A DNA stretch of 64,000 bases from Tubulanus polymorphus (taxonomy: Eukaryota; Animalia; Nemertea), in the NCBI RefSeq assembly GCF_964204645.1, contig NC_134027.1:24824560-24888559 (forward strand), given 5' to 3'. How positions within the stretch are numbered: position 1 is the first letter of the stretch; the number at the start of each line of letters is the position of its first letter. Positions 24,201 to 35,201 of the stretch are shown piece after piece. Made by a program: the position numbers and the translations under genes. Below the pieces are notes generated by a model. The model made no database searches and was not told where the DNA came from. It saw nothing but the letters and a program-made list of their open reading frames with translations.

Positions 24201-24688
24201 AGACACCTATCACCGTACCCTTTACCAGTACCACTGCAGGTACCACAGTACCAAGAAACACGGCTACTAAGACACCTACCACCGTACCCTTAACCAGTAC
24301 CGCTGCAGGTACCACCATACCCTCTACCACAGAGGCCAGCACCAGTACATCTTCTAAACCTACTACAGCGACACCTACACCAACTAGCTGCGTTGCACCT
24401 GGAGCGGGAAGTAACGTCACCAGCCGATATGGACGTCATTCAGACTGGAGTAACAAACACTTACTGGAATCATTGAATACAGTGAGATCTTGTGTGGAAT
24501 GCGGCGTTAAATGTAATCTGAAAACTGACTGTATCGGGGTCACGTGTAACCGTGCCACTACCGGTCAATTACTGTGCCAACTATTTACATCAGTTACAAC
24601 AGCACCAGCAGCAGCACCAGCACCAGCACCAGCAAGAAGTAATGATCAAACTGATCTTAGATCTTACAAGAAAATACAACTGTGTTAA
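21252..24688 (+). CDS. Secreted F-type lectin (fucolectin/FTP)-like domain + Thr-rich mucin stalk + C-terminal PAN/apple-like domain, 498 aa
   Basis: Exons 21252-21315 (signal peptide MNFIITRISIIAFYSFIFNIS), 22342-22566 (NLALGRPTEQCS..SRAVDG..PHWWKVSL), 22777-23010 (..LGLCEVEVY) and 23715-24688 (TTVPSTTETSTS repeats, then SCVECGVKCNLKTDCIGVTC..CQLF). All introns are GT-AG phase 1; total 1497 nt. Confidence 0.9.
22604..22708. mobile_element. Short MITE with GGG.CC.GTTT.ATAGACTGGTAT TIRs in intron 2 of the lectin gene
   Basis: GGGTCCAGTTTTATAGACTGGTAT ... ATACCAGTCTATGAAACCGGCCCC. A related end lies at ~9322. Confidence 0.7.
23296..23632. mobile_element. MITE with perfect 36-bp terminal inverted repeats
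   Basis: CGCACATCGACACTGCGATTGGAGACAACTAGTTGC (23296-23331) and its exact reverse complement (23597-23632). Internal TCGATGTG.GC repeats. Confidence 0.88.
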
Positions 24689-24744
24689 TCAGTGTTAACC
24701 CCTAATAATCTCTGTTAATCCCTGTTTAACCGATGTAAGCTTCT

Positions 24745-24981
24745 TGAATGGAGGGTTTGGGGGAGGTATGTCTCTGAATGGTGGGTTTGGGGAGGTGTGT
24801 CTCTGAATGGAAGGTTTGGGGAGGTGTGTCTCTGAAAGGAGGGTTTGGGGAGGTGTGCCTCTGAAAGGAGGGTTTGGGGAGGTATGTTTCTGAATGGAAG
24901 GTTTGGGGAGGTGTGTCTCTGAAAGGAGGGTTTGGGGAGGTGTGTCTCTGAATGGAGGGTTTGGGGAGCTGTTTCTCTGAA
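24745..24981. repeat. 29-bp G-rich minisatellite (TCTGAATGGAGGGTTTGGGGAGGTGTGTC), ~8 copies
   Basis: Clear 29-nt period, between the lectin stop codon (24688) and an AATAAA at 25079. Confidence 0.95.
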
Positions 24982-25510
24982 GCTAGAATTTACGTGTATT
25001 TTTCAATTCATTCCTAGTCTTATTTTTCTCAAAGAGTATTTGTTGATTTTTGCGTGGATACCGTATAACGTCGTACTTAATAAATTCCTATCGATCGTAG
25101 ATTAAGAGTCTTATGAGTTTGGAAGGAATCTGGTTGCTGAAACATAGATTGTAATAAGTCGTAATGGAACAAGTAAAATTAGTAATATGTTGGTAGAAGT
25201 AACGACAAGATTTGAAGAAAGCATCAAGATTATTCGGTGCAGCTTTTGGAATGTTATAAAAACAAGCATGTGACAAATCAACGAAAGGTATAACCAATAT
25301 ATTATATTTCCTTTTCCAGAATCTATGTATTGAATAATCTATTAATTGATGATATCGAATTACTCGATATTTGATATTTGAAGACTCGATCGTTACATGT
25401 GTGTTAAGTTACAAATTAGCGATTGAATTACATTCGATGAGTTAACTCCAGGAGTCAATTTGTCGACATTAGGCTGATGTAGACAATCAATACTTCAAAC
25501 GCGTTTCAAG

Positions 25511-26470
25511 ATGAACGATTCAGCTATCGGTAGCTATGGGGCGACTTTCTACGCGTCGATCGTGGTCAACGCGCCTCGCGTGACCAGTCCGGCCATTCGT
25601 CGATTCCAGACGATCTTTATACCGGTGATCATTGTACCGGGCGTATTCGGTAACATCGCCAGTTTTCTTGTGATGACAAGTCGAAAGTTTCGCGTTTCCT
25701 CTTGCTCGCAGTACCTGGCCGCGCTGGCCGTATTCGATACTTTCACGTTGGTCGTATATTCGCTCCCGTTTATAAACCAGGCCTTCTACCCGTACAGTTT
25801 AGTGACTTTTGAAAACAGTTTGTCCTGTAAGATCTATGAATATTTATCTTCCATAAACGACGCCGCCAGTTCGTGGATGGTAGTGATTCTTACCATGGAA
25901 CGTTTGGTGATAGTGGTTTGGCCGTTTGCAGCTAGAACGGTGGCCACTCCGGCGTTTTCCAGAAAAGTCATTCTAATCATGTCAATATTTTGGAGCGTGT
26001 CGTGCATATACATATTCATAGCTACCAAATTCGATATTAATCTGCAAAGTTGCGTGATGACTTCATTTTGGTATAACATATACTTCAGCGTTAGTCCCGT
26101 AACCATAGTCTATATTCCAACCGTTTCAGTTCTTATATGCAACGCATTGTTGATCATCTTACTTCGTCGAAGTAACGGATTCGGTCAGTCGTCGGGTAAA
26201 TCAGCTTCGGCCACGAAAGCGACGGTCATGGTGCTGATGGTATCGCTTCTGTTTACTGTGTGCACCTTGCCGAACACCGTGTTCGCGTTCATACTGCCGT
26301 ACGTAAGTTTGAGCCCGCAAACGGTGATCGATATTTCGTCGATCACCAGCGCCATCTACGGCATGAACAGCGCGATCAATTTTTACGTATATCTGCTCTC
26401 CGGGGACGAAGTTCGTAACTTCGTCGTTCTTCGTCTGAAATGTGGCCGAATTCCCAAGTCTACTACATAA
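25511..26470 (+). CDS. Intronless class A peptide-type GPCR (FMRFamide/sex-peptide-receptor-like group), 319 aa
   Basis: TM1 GVFGNIASF, TM2 YLAALAVFD, conserved ECL Cys (SCKIY), TM3 SWMVVILTMERL..V.WP, TM6 FTVCTLP, TM7 NSAINFYVY. Confidence 0.93.
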   Translation: MNDSAIGSYGATFYASIVVNAPRVTSPAIRRFQTIFIPVIIVPGVFGNIASFLVMTSRKFRVSSCSQYLAALAVFDTFTLVVYSLPFINQAFYPYSLVTFENSLSCKIYEYLSSINDAASSWMVVILTMERLVIVVWPFAARTVATPAFSRKVILIMSIFWSVSCIYIFIATKFDINLQSCVMTSFWYNIYFSVSPVTIVYIPTVSVLICNALLIILLRRSNGFGQSSGKSASATKATVMVLMVSLLFTVCTLPNTVFAFILPYVSLSPQTVIDISSITSAIYGMNSAINFYVYLLSGDEVRNFVVLRLKCGRIPKSTT

Positions 26471-27223
26471 AATTCATTGATGAGAATATTAGAAGAGTGC
26501 TGGAGTTTGCTATATATATGTCGAACATAATAACCCCCAAAAGGAAATGAAATATATATCTGCTATAAACACCTTTTCAAAATGGTGACCTTTAGGTCAT
26601 ATAAGTGAATGTTCTATAGCAGAAAAACGGATAAATCGATGTACTAAACCGCGTTCTTCCCAATTTTATCTTATAACGTGGCTTAACTTTTTACAGAACA
26701 TTCTTTTAAGAAACAACAAAAAAGTAACTAACTTTCATATATCTTGTTCTAGTTGATATCACGGTTTTACCTGATAATGTATGGATGTACATGTAGAGGT
26801 ATGAAATGTGCTAGTCAGGTAGATGGGCGTTGTGTTGTCATTCCGACTTCACTCATCCTCGCTTGCCAGGGGTCCAGTATCACTCCCGAACTCCCTTCCA
26901 CCAGCCCCCTGGCCTCACGAAGCGTGATTTCATTACTGGCGCTGTTGCACATGACGTCATATATCGATTTGCGAAATACTTCCTTGTTCGGTAAAACGTT
27001 CGCTGATTGGTCCATTTAACGGGAAAACCAACAGAAGTCTACTGTCGGTTTGTTACAAGCGCTGTGATTGGTACGACCGGATTCTGGTCGGCTAGTAACG
27101 ACTCCAACGACTCGTGAGGTCAAGGGGTTCGGGGAACAGCTTTAGCGTAGTGGGTTCGAATCTCTTGACGGGTGAAGATGGACTTCACTCAGTTTTGAAA
27201 ATTATTTTCCTCTAAGAAATCAA

Positions 27224-27676
27224 ATTCACAGCCGCTTAACCAGAAATCGTAACGACATATTTCAAGGGACAATTAAAGAAACACTCATTAAAAGTTATAG
27301 GCCCCCAATTTTGGAACAAATTAAATACGGATATAAAAAAATCAAAAAGTTTATTCGTTTTTAAAAAAAGGCTCAAACATTCCCTTGTTGAGCGATATTC
27401 GTAATTTATTATGTCAATCAGTGTATGTATGTCATTGTTCAGTCAGTATATGTATATATATGTCAATACGTTGTATTATGATCGGTATTATGTCGTTTTT
27501 CTACTCAATTTCATTTCATTTTATATATTTTCTTTTCTAGGGCTGTTTTCTTGTATAAGCTAACTGTTGCTTCAAAGCAGTCCCTCATCTAATATTATTA
27601 CAATTTTAATGTATTTGTTTATCCATTAATTCTGTAAAAATTTTTACATGAAAATAAATCATATCATATCATATCA
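27224..27676 (+). mobile_element. 5'-truncated CR1/L2/Crack-group LINE: ORF2 C-terminus + 3' UTR + (ATATC)n tail
   Basis: The translation includes HSRLTRNRND and, after a frameshift, GPQFWNKLNTDIKKSKSLFVFKKRLKHSLVERYS*, which fits the typical GPxxWNxLPxxIKxxxSxxxFKxxLK ORF2 end. The 3' UTR has a hairpin AGGGCTG...CAGTCCCT, then AATAAA and CATAT repeats. Confidence 0.8.
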
Positions 27677-27850
27677 TACTTACCAATTCGTGTTTGCAAC
27701 TGCAAAAAGTTATTTGGGAGGTCCATACAGTAGTAACGTACATCTTGATGATGGGCTCTATCAGTTCTAACACATGCCTCGTTAGAAGGTCTGTTGAAGC
27801 AATTAGGTAATGGTTAGTTGAATGCTGAAGGGCACCATCTGAAAATAAAA

Positions 27851-27965
27851 CCCTCATCTAATATTATTACAATTTTAATGTATTTGTTTATCCATTAATT
27901 CTGTAAAATTTTTACATGAAAATAAATCATATCATATCATATCATATCATATCATATCATATATC
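27851..27965 (+). mobile_element. Second copy of the LINE 3' terminus with a longer (ATATC)n tail
   Basis: Near-identical to 27582-27676. Confidence 0.85.
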
Positions 27966-29951
27966 ACTCCAGAACGAATTAAAGAATATATACATCTACA
28001 TCTGATTTAGTTACATATATATCTTACACAATAATCATCTTTCATAAAATCTGAGTAGATTGTATTAAATTTCTAAGAATTAATTTTTCATTTGATCCTA
28101 ACAATAAATTGTGAGCTTCAATATTTTTTCAACCAAAATGAGATCATATCACAAAAAAAACTAAGAAAATTAACAGAATAAACAAACCACACAAAGCGTC
28201 ATAATGACATTACATGCGTGGTAAATTGTGAGCTTCTAATAGATAAGACGTAACGCTGATTCAGACGATCCGTAGCCAGGAACCACACGTTCAGGCCATC
28301 AGCAGTCTGGAACCAGTCCTTCTGACTGGAACCGCACATTCAGACCATCTACAGCCTGGTAGCACTCCATTGAACTTTCTGAATAATCTCACTGGCGGGA
28401 TCCCGCAAATCGGCTTCAAATAATTCGAAAGGCCACCGAGACTTTTCCTTACAGATATGAAACTCATAATCAACATAAAATAGAATGTATGACCTTTATT
28501 TTTCAGTCGACCTAAAAATACAGATATCTTAATCCTGTCCTAATGAATCCGGTCTATTCTGCGCTGTTTTGTGCAATCTTTGTGCGCCGTTTTTAACTAT
28601 GGGAAAATTTCGTCGATATCCTTTAGAAACGAGGTAATAAATCTGTTTCGGTGTTTGAATTGTTTCAATGCTCATTAAATTATGCCCCGATCCGTAAACG
28701 ACGGCGAAATTCCCAGATGTTTGACACATTTATTACGATTCCGTTCTAATTTACGGAGACACGACAACCATTTATCTATCTGTAAGAAGACTCGGGCGAT
28801 CGGTGAGAGTTGATATACGAGACCTGTCTGTTTTACAGGATGATGGCAGCAGCAGCAGCAGCGAGGTAGATAGATCACTTATATTCGATTTGATTTATTT
28901 TGCATGAATAATTGGTACATAGATCATGACGGAAGCGTCCTGGGGACATATCTATAAGAAAAATTTTCGAGATTTATTCCGAGTTTGTAACTCGGAATAA
29001 ACTAGTTTTCTCAGTTAAATGTGATTTTTGGAGGTGTAGTAATGATTATCATGATCGCAAATAGAAATGAGGCCTATGCGTTTTGTAAAAGTAAGATCCA
29101 GTAAGGACCCAGTTTAGTGGGGAGTTGAGGCCTCAGAGTCAAGATGACTCCATTTTCAATATCGTTTCCTCTAGAGTCAATTCTAGCAAACACCTTGAAA
29201 ACTGGATCCTGAATACTTAAATTCAAGGCTCTTTTCAAATTTAATTTACAGCATAATGTACTCGGATACAAAATACAAAATACATTAAATTAGACTTGGA
29301 TGGGTCAGTGGAAACTAAGAAAGAAGTTTAGATAAAACAGGTCCCTCAAAGAGAAAAAGCGAAGAAGAAAAAAAGAGAATGTTAAAACTCGAACACGTAC
29401 TCGTCAACCGTCAAACACTGGTCATCGACGTCATTACAAAAAATTACTAAAGTAATTCTAATAGCAGTTTGATTAAGGGATACTAGTTGTTTTGTTAGAT
29501 TTTTTAACTGGGGAATTTGCTAAAGAAACGAAATCACGCTTCATAAAATTCTAGGTGTTTTTTTGGTTACTTTGAAATACTAAACATGATGGTTGAATAT
29601 TTGAGTTTTTAGCGCTGACTTCGGAAAATTCGCACTTCCATACATTGAGTAAATATTTGTCTTCGCTCCCAGATAGGTTTAGCGCCCTTAAACGAATTCG
29701 AGTTTTCAGCAACCCAGGAAAACGGAGATGGGCAACCACTAAGCCCTCTCCCGTCATACCTCCGTAACAGGTAAAACCCTTCCACAGCTCGCATTGGGGA
29801 TGTCAGATTTGAATTGCAGTTTTTAGAATTGAAAATACATGGATTGAATTTGATAGCAAGCTCGAGAGACAAAGTTCGCGTTTGGACTGATTCTCATTGA
29901 TTTCTATTCAAAATATTTACGTAATTCAAGACAAAAATGGATAGTTAGTAA

Positions 29952-32900
29952 ATGGAGCACAATCGGCGTCATTGGAAAATTGCATATGCCGCGTATTTTC
30001 TTTCGATTTTTGTTGTTGAAAAATGATCTACCTCTTAGTTTACAGGTTCCAAAACCTGGTGAAATAAGCGAGGTAGCTAAAATACAGGTAGGTTATGTAA
30101 CTGGCGTGCGACTGAAGCATTCATAAATCCTTAATAATCTCGGTGTCGAATGTTCTGCTTATTGAGTGGTTCTGATGTCGGGCTTTTTGAAAACACATAA
30201 TTTCTCACCGAAATCTGAATAATTTACGCGCGCTTATTTTCAACGGGCAGAAAGTGGAACGATGTTTGTTGACGCTGCCATTCGTCGACGCGCTCAGCGA
30301 CGAAACCATCGACTCGGTGGCGAAAAAAGCAACGGTGAAAGATTTCGCCAGGACTACGACGTTCATCACAGCCGGTTAGCTTATGTAAATTTATTCAAAT
30401 TAGTCTCGAGTTCACCGTCGGGTTCGAATCCCAAATATTCGAAATCATGTATCGAACTTATACAGGGTATTTCCGAGGATCTGGAGCCCTATCCTTCCAT
30501 CGAGAGACCGTTAAAACCTACACATGTAATACTCATGCACTCGAAAGTTGGCTATAAATTGTGTTGGATATAAGTGTGTTGGATTGAAATCGGGTGCCAA
30601 ATTAAAAATAAATATGCCTTTGGTGTTAACTGACATTATATGGAAATTGTCCCATTAGTTAGCCATTGAAGTACTCTTACTTCCCGCACATAGTGCTTCG
30701 ATTTGCTTTTGAGCTCGGAGTACATAAATCATTGATTTAGACGAGGGGTAACTCGGAATTTCTGAAAAATCGTCTTCCAAAACATCGGCCACAGTAGCGC
30801 AATAAGTGAAATGGTTTTGGATTCAACTTCTTTTCGGACTGCAACAGATGCTTTCCTACTTTAAGATTCATCTAAAACCTCATTCGTCAAAAGATAACCA
30901 CTCATTTGTAAACATTCAAACTAAAGCGTGGACAAACCAAGCGCATGATTCGATCTGGAATAAGGTGCCTTTATAAATGTCATATTATCATCTTATATTT
31001 AGTTAGATTTTATGGCAAAACTCTCCCGCTTCGTTCGTGCTTTTCAGGCTCCGAAGCGCAGGGGATCTACATATTAGTCGAAGGCCGGGTAGAAATTCTA
31101 GCCAACGATGAGACGGTAATGGCAGAAATCGATGTGAATGATTTTGTCGGCGAGGTGTCAGTGTTGTACGGCACTCCGGCTACTGCTTCTGTCCGAGCTG
31201 AAAGTCAGTAAGTCTATATGCAGTTTAGACGAGAAGATACACAATATCCGTGTATGATGATGACATGATGATGGCGAGAAAAATCCCACAATAACAAAGC
31301 CAAAATTGAAAAATTCTATATCAGAATGATTGTATTTGAGGAGCGACGTTTCGGCTAACAACTGTTAGCCATCATCAGGCGTTAGCCATCATCAGTACGC
31401 CTGACGATGGCTAACAGTTGTTAGCCGAAACGTCGCTCCTCAAATGCAATCATTCTGATACAGAATTTTTCAATTTTGGCTTTGTTATTGTGGGATTTCT
31501 CTCGTCTATATGCAGTTATTTCATATCCATTTATTTGGTATCTCACAGTGTTGTAGCTGCTGGCGCCAACCTACACGATTTTCCCTTTCAGAACGGTTAT
31601 GTTGTTTATCGATAAAAACACGGTTAAAAGTATCGGTAAATTGAAAAGAGAAATGCACATTAATCAATGGTTCATAACCAGGAAATATTTACCGACCTCG
31701 AAACTCGTCGACAAACAGTTGATCACCGAAGGCGTTTTGTCGGACGCTCTTAAAAATGTAAGAAAAATGTCTGATCGGGCGGGAGCATGAATAGAAAATC
31801 TGACACACTCACAAAAAGGAAAGGGGCCGTAACGATTTCACGTGTTTCGTTTCTTTTCTAAATGTGGGATTCTATATCGTGTGTGTTTCTTTGAAATCCC
31901 AATCGATACCGTTTTTTTTGGTCGATCTTAAAACCGGTTCGTTCAATGAAAATACCATTGTTTTATAACGCAGCCAAATCCGTCATAAAGCCATCTTTTT
32001 CGTCGGTCCGACTGTGCTGCGAACGCGGTTTCAGTCGGTGTTTATCGTTCGTTACTTTTTCAGGTTCCTTTGTTTCGCGATTGGTGTCAGGCGTCAATGA
32101 TTGAACTGATTAAATGTACCGACGGCATCGTCGTGTATCCGCCGCATTCGTTTATCACGTACACAGGAGATCCGGGACACGAGGTCATCTTACTGATCAA
32201 AGGGAAGTACGTTTGAAACCCTGATTTAGATCCGAAATTTCTGACAGTGTATTCCGTAACCCCCGATTGCACCAAAATTCGAAACCATGAACTGATTTCA
32301 AATGTTGAAACCGGTTGATGGTTATTCGGCCTAAAAGGTTAAGAGTGATTCTAAGTTGTTAGATTGATCATAAAAGTGTTTTCAGTCTAATAAATCTGGG
32401 GACGGCGCAAGAAAACCTTGTTAGTGCTAACCGCGGTAGTAAACTGTGGTTAGGCATAAGTGGGCGCAGGAAAACGCCGTTAGCTAATTATTGTCTTCAC
32501 GTGGCCTCTTATCTTAAGCTTATTAGCTTAACCACGGATTAGCCACCAATCAAGGTTAGGTTAACAAGATTTTCCTGCGCCTGCCCCTGTATTTTATCAT
32601 TTTTCGTCAGGATGGAGGCCGATGAAATATGGTTCATCCCTGCGAAGAAATACCCCTTTGTTCTGTCAGAAGAAGGTACGCTATACATTCTAAAAATACC
32701 CATTAATGGATGAGAATGAAGATGGGAGGCTAGTAGCACAATTTTGACTGAAGTCGAAAAATTGTCTTAATTCTTAAGACTATATAGTCTACTTGTCTTA
32801 CACATTGTTAGATTTGCTATAGAGCTTAGTTGGTCGTGGACTAATCTTAAACCTAAGCCAAGACGGGTGCAACTGATAGAACAAATTTGAGAATAATAAT

Positions 32901-35133
32901 TAAATGATGATAATAAAATATGCATTTATACAGCGCTATTTTTCTTAGCGCTTTAGATAAAACACTAATTCCAACCGCAACATAAAAAACACTGTAGTAT
33001 TCTAAGAATTAAAAGCATTAGGAAACATGAAAGTTTTTCACCTATTTTCAAAAGTAGGTACTGTACTTAGTACTTTGTGATTCAACTGATTACACATGAA
33101 GTTACGAATTAGTTAGTATACACTAGAAACGAAAGCTGGTTATTTCCAATAAAATCATTCGACTGGATCAGTTTTATCGAATGGATAAATAAACAACTAC
33201 TCATTTAGGGTAGATATCTTTCAGGTTTGTTCACGCAAAGAGACCACCCTTTGACGGTCCGCGCCAAGACCTGCTGTCAAATTCTCCGTTTGAAAAAAGA
33301 CGACATCGTATTCATAAAAAGTCGCGTGAGTCAATATCAACATTTCGATACTTCTCCACAGGGAAAAATCCGCGATGAAAACAGAGACATTTAAATGAAA
33401 TTGCGTTTAAATTGATAATCATATTTAATAATAATAATGATAATTTATTGAGCCTAAAATGCATATAAAATATGCTCATTGGCTTTACGATATAAAAACA
33501 CAATTTAAACATGAAGATAGAAAAAACATTTTCAAAATATTTTCAATTACAAAATATTTTCAATCATTTAACTCGAAAACCTTTGTCAGCGATTGTGTAA
33601 GATAACATTTAAGAATTTAATTTTTCAAATATTCAACAAGATTCAAATTTAACGGTTGAGGCCCAACGCATACGACGCAGGGAAACATAGAAACAGGTGA
33701 CAGAAACGTTCCCTCTGTCGTGTGCGTTTACGAGAAACACAATTTTCCGAGATCAAGCATGTCTGATTCCGTGTTTCCGCGTTCCCCAAGTCGTGCGCGT
33801 CGGGCTTTAAAATCCACCATTACAACTGATGTTTCGGAATGTAGTAGGCCTACGTACGCCCTCTGTGTGATGAAATTATCGACGAGACGATAAACAAAAG
33901 TGTTGACATTCTAATTTCATCATTTCGATTTAGTTTAGCTCGTCAGCGAGGACGGCCTGGGATTCGGCCAGTGCTAATTGGAAGAAATACATGGCGAGCA
34001 GAAATCACGACATTTTCAAGAAACACAATAAATACCTGCAACAGGAAGTAAGCTACGACCAAAGATTAGTCTTAAGTCGTCGGATTGGCTCCATAGATAG
34101 TGGGCTTAGACTGGTCTTAGATTGGCTATAAAATAGAGGGTTTTGACAGGTCTAAAACTGCCAGATGAAATTTCAGTTAAGCCCTTTTTGAAACACAATT
34201 TTGCTTCAAAAAGATTCATAAATACTAGAATAACATAATTGCCAATACACCTATGACAAACATTACATAAAATGATTTTTTAATCTATTCTGTTTCACAT
34301 TTTCGGCTCGATTCTTCTTTCAGCTGGTTTTTAAGATGTTACGCGAAAGTTCGGTGTTTCACAATTGCCCAGTTGGTTTCGCCTACTTTCTCAGCATGAA
34401 CTGCACGTTCCACGATTACGAAGCTAAAGCCGTTTGTCTCACGGAAAAGGAATACGGTATATTCTAATTTGTAGGAAGCTTTTTGTTCGTGGTAGCTGCC
34501 AGTATTGAACTAATTTTTGCCCTCAGAAAACCAGCAACTGCGAATCAGAACCCAGTTCCGCAAGTCAGAGTTAACTCCGGGTTAACTTAAACGCCATTTT
34601 GCATGTCTAACTCTAACCCATAATTCTGGAAATGGCCAAAAGGTAACTTACAAAATGCTCTACCAGAAACTGGTTAGACTGGTATTATATCCAAGTCACT
34701 GACAATATAAAACTATATGAGCCCCAGGTTTAATAAGTCCCTAAGGAGAACGAAATGATACTAATTCTAGATAAAATGTTACGGTCGTTACTTTTTCAGT
34801 GGCGAACGTCAGTTTTCTTATAGTCGAAGGTAAAGTAGCCTTGATGGAACAGCAGCGAACTATGGACGTGGAAAATGCCGGTGTCAATCTGCAGTTGAAA
34901 GCTAATGCCAGAAACGTTTTTGAAATGGAGGATCGAGACTTTTTCTGTAAGTCCTCGCCCTCACTGTTAGAAATAATTGCAGTTTTACAAGTACATTTCT
35001 TTTCCAAATTCAGGGCATTTGAGAATATGTCTGTTTTGCGGAATTTCCTTGTAGAAAACCAATTCTATTCTTGCCAATTTTGCTGATTTACCGTGTAAAC
35101 CTACAAAAACTACAAACTTCCTCGTAATGCCGG

Positions 35134-35201
<68 letters not shown>

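Noticed and set aside
23740-24420. 226-aa Val-rich, membrane-looking antisense ORF
   Set aside because: Reverse complement of the ACN-rich mucin repeats.
28540-28870. Small exon-like segments upstream of the CNB gene
   Set aside because: Splice phases could not be linked consistently to the CNB model, and no homology was recognisable.
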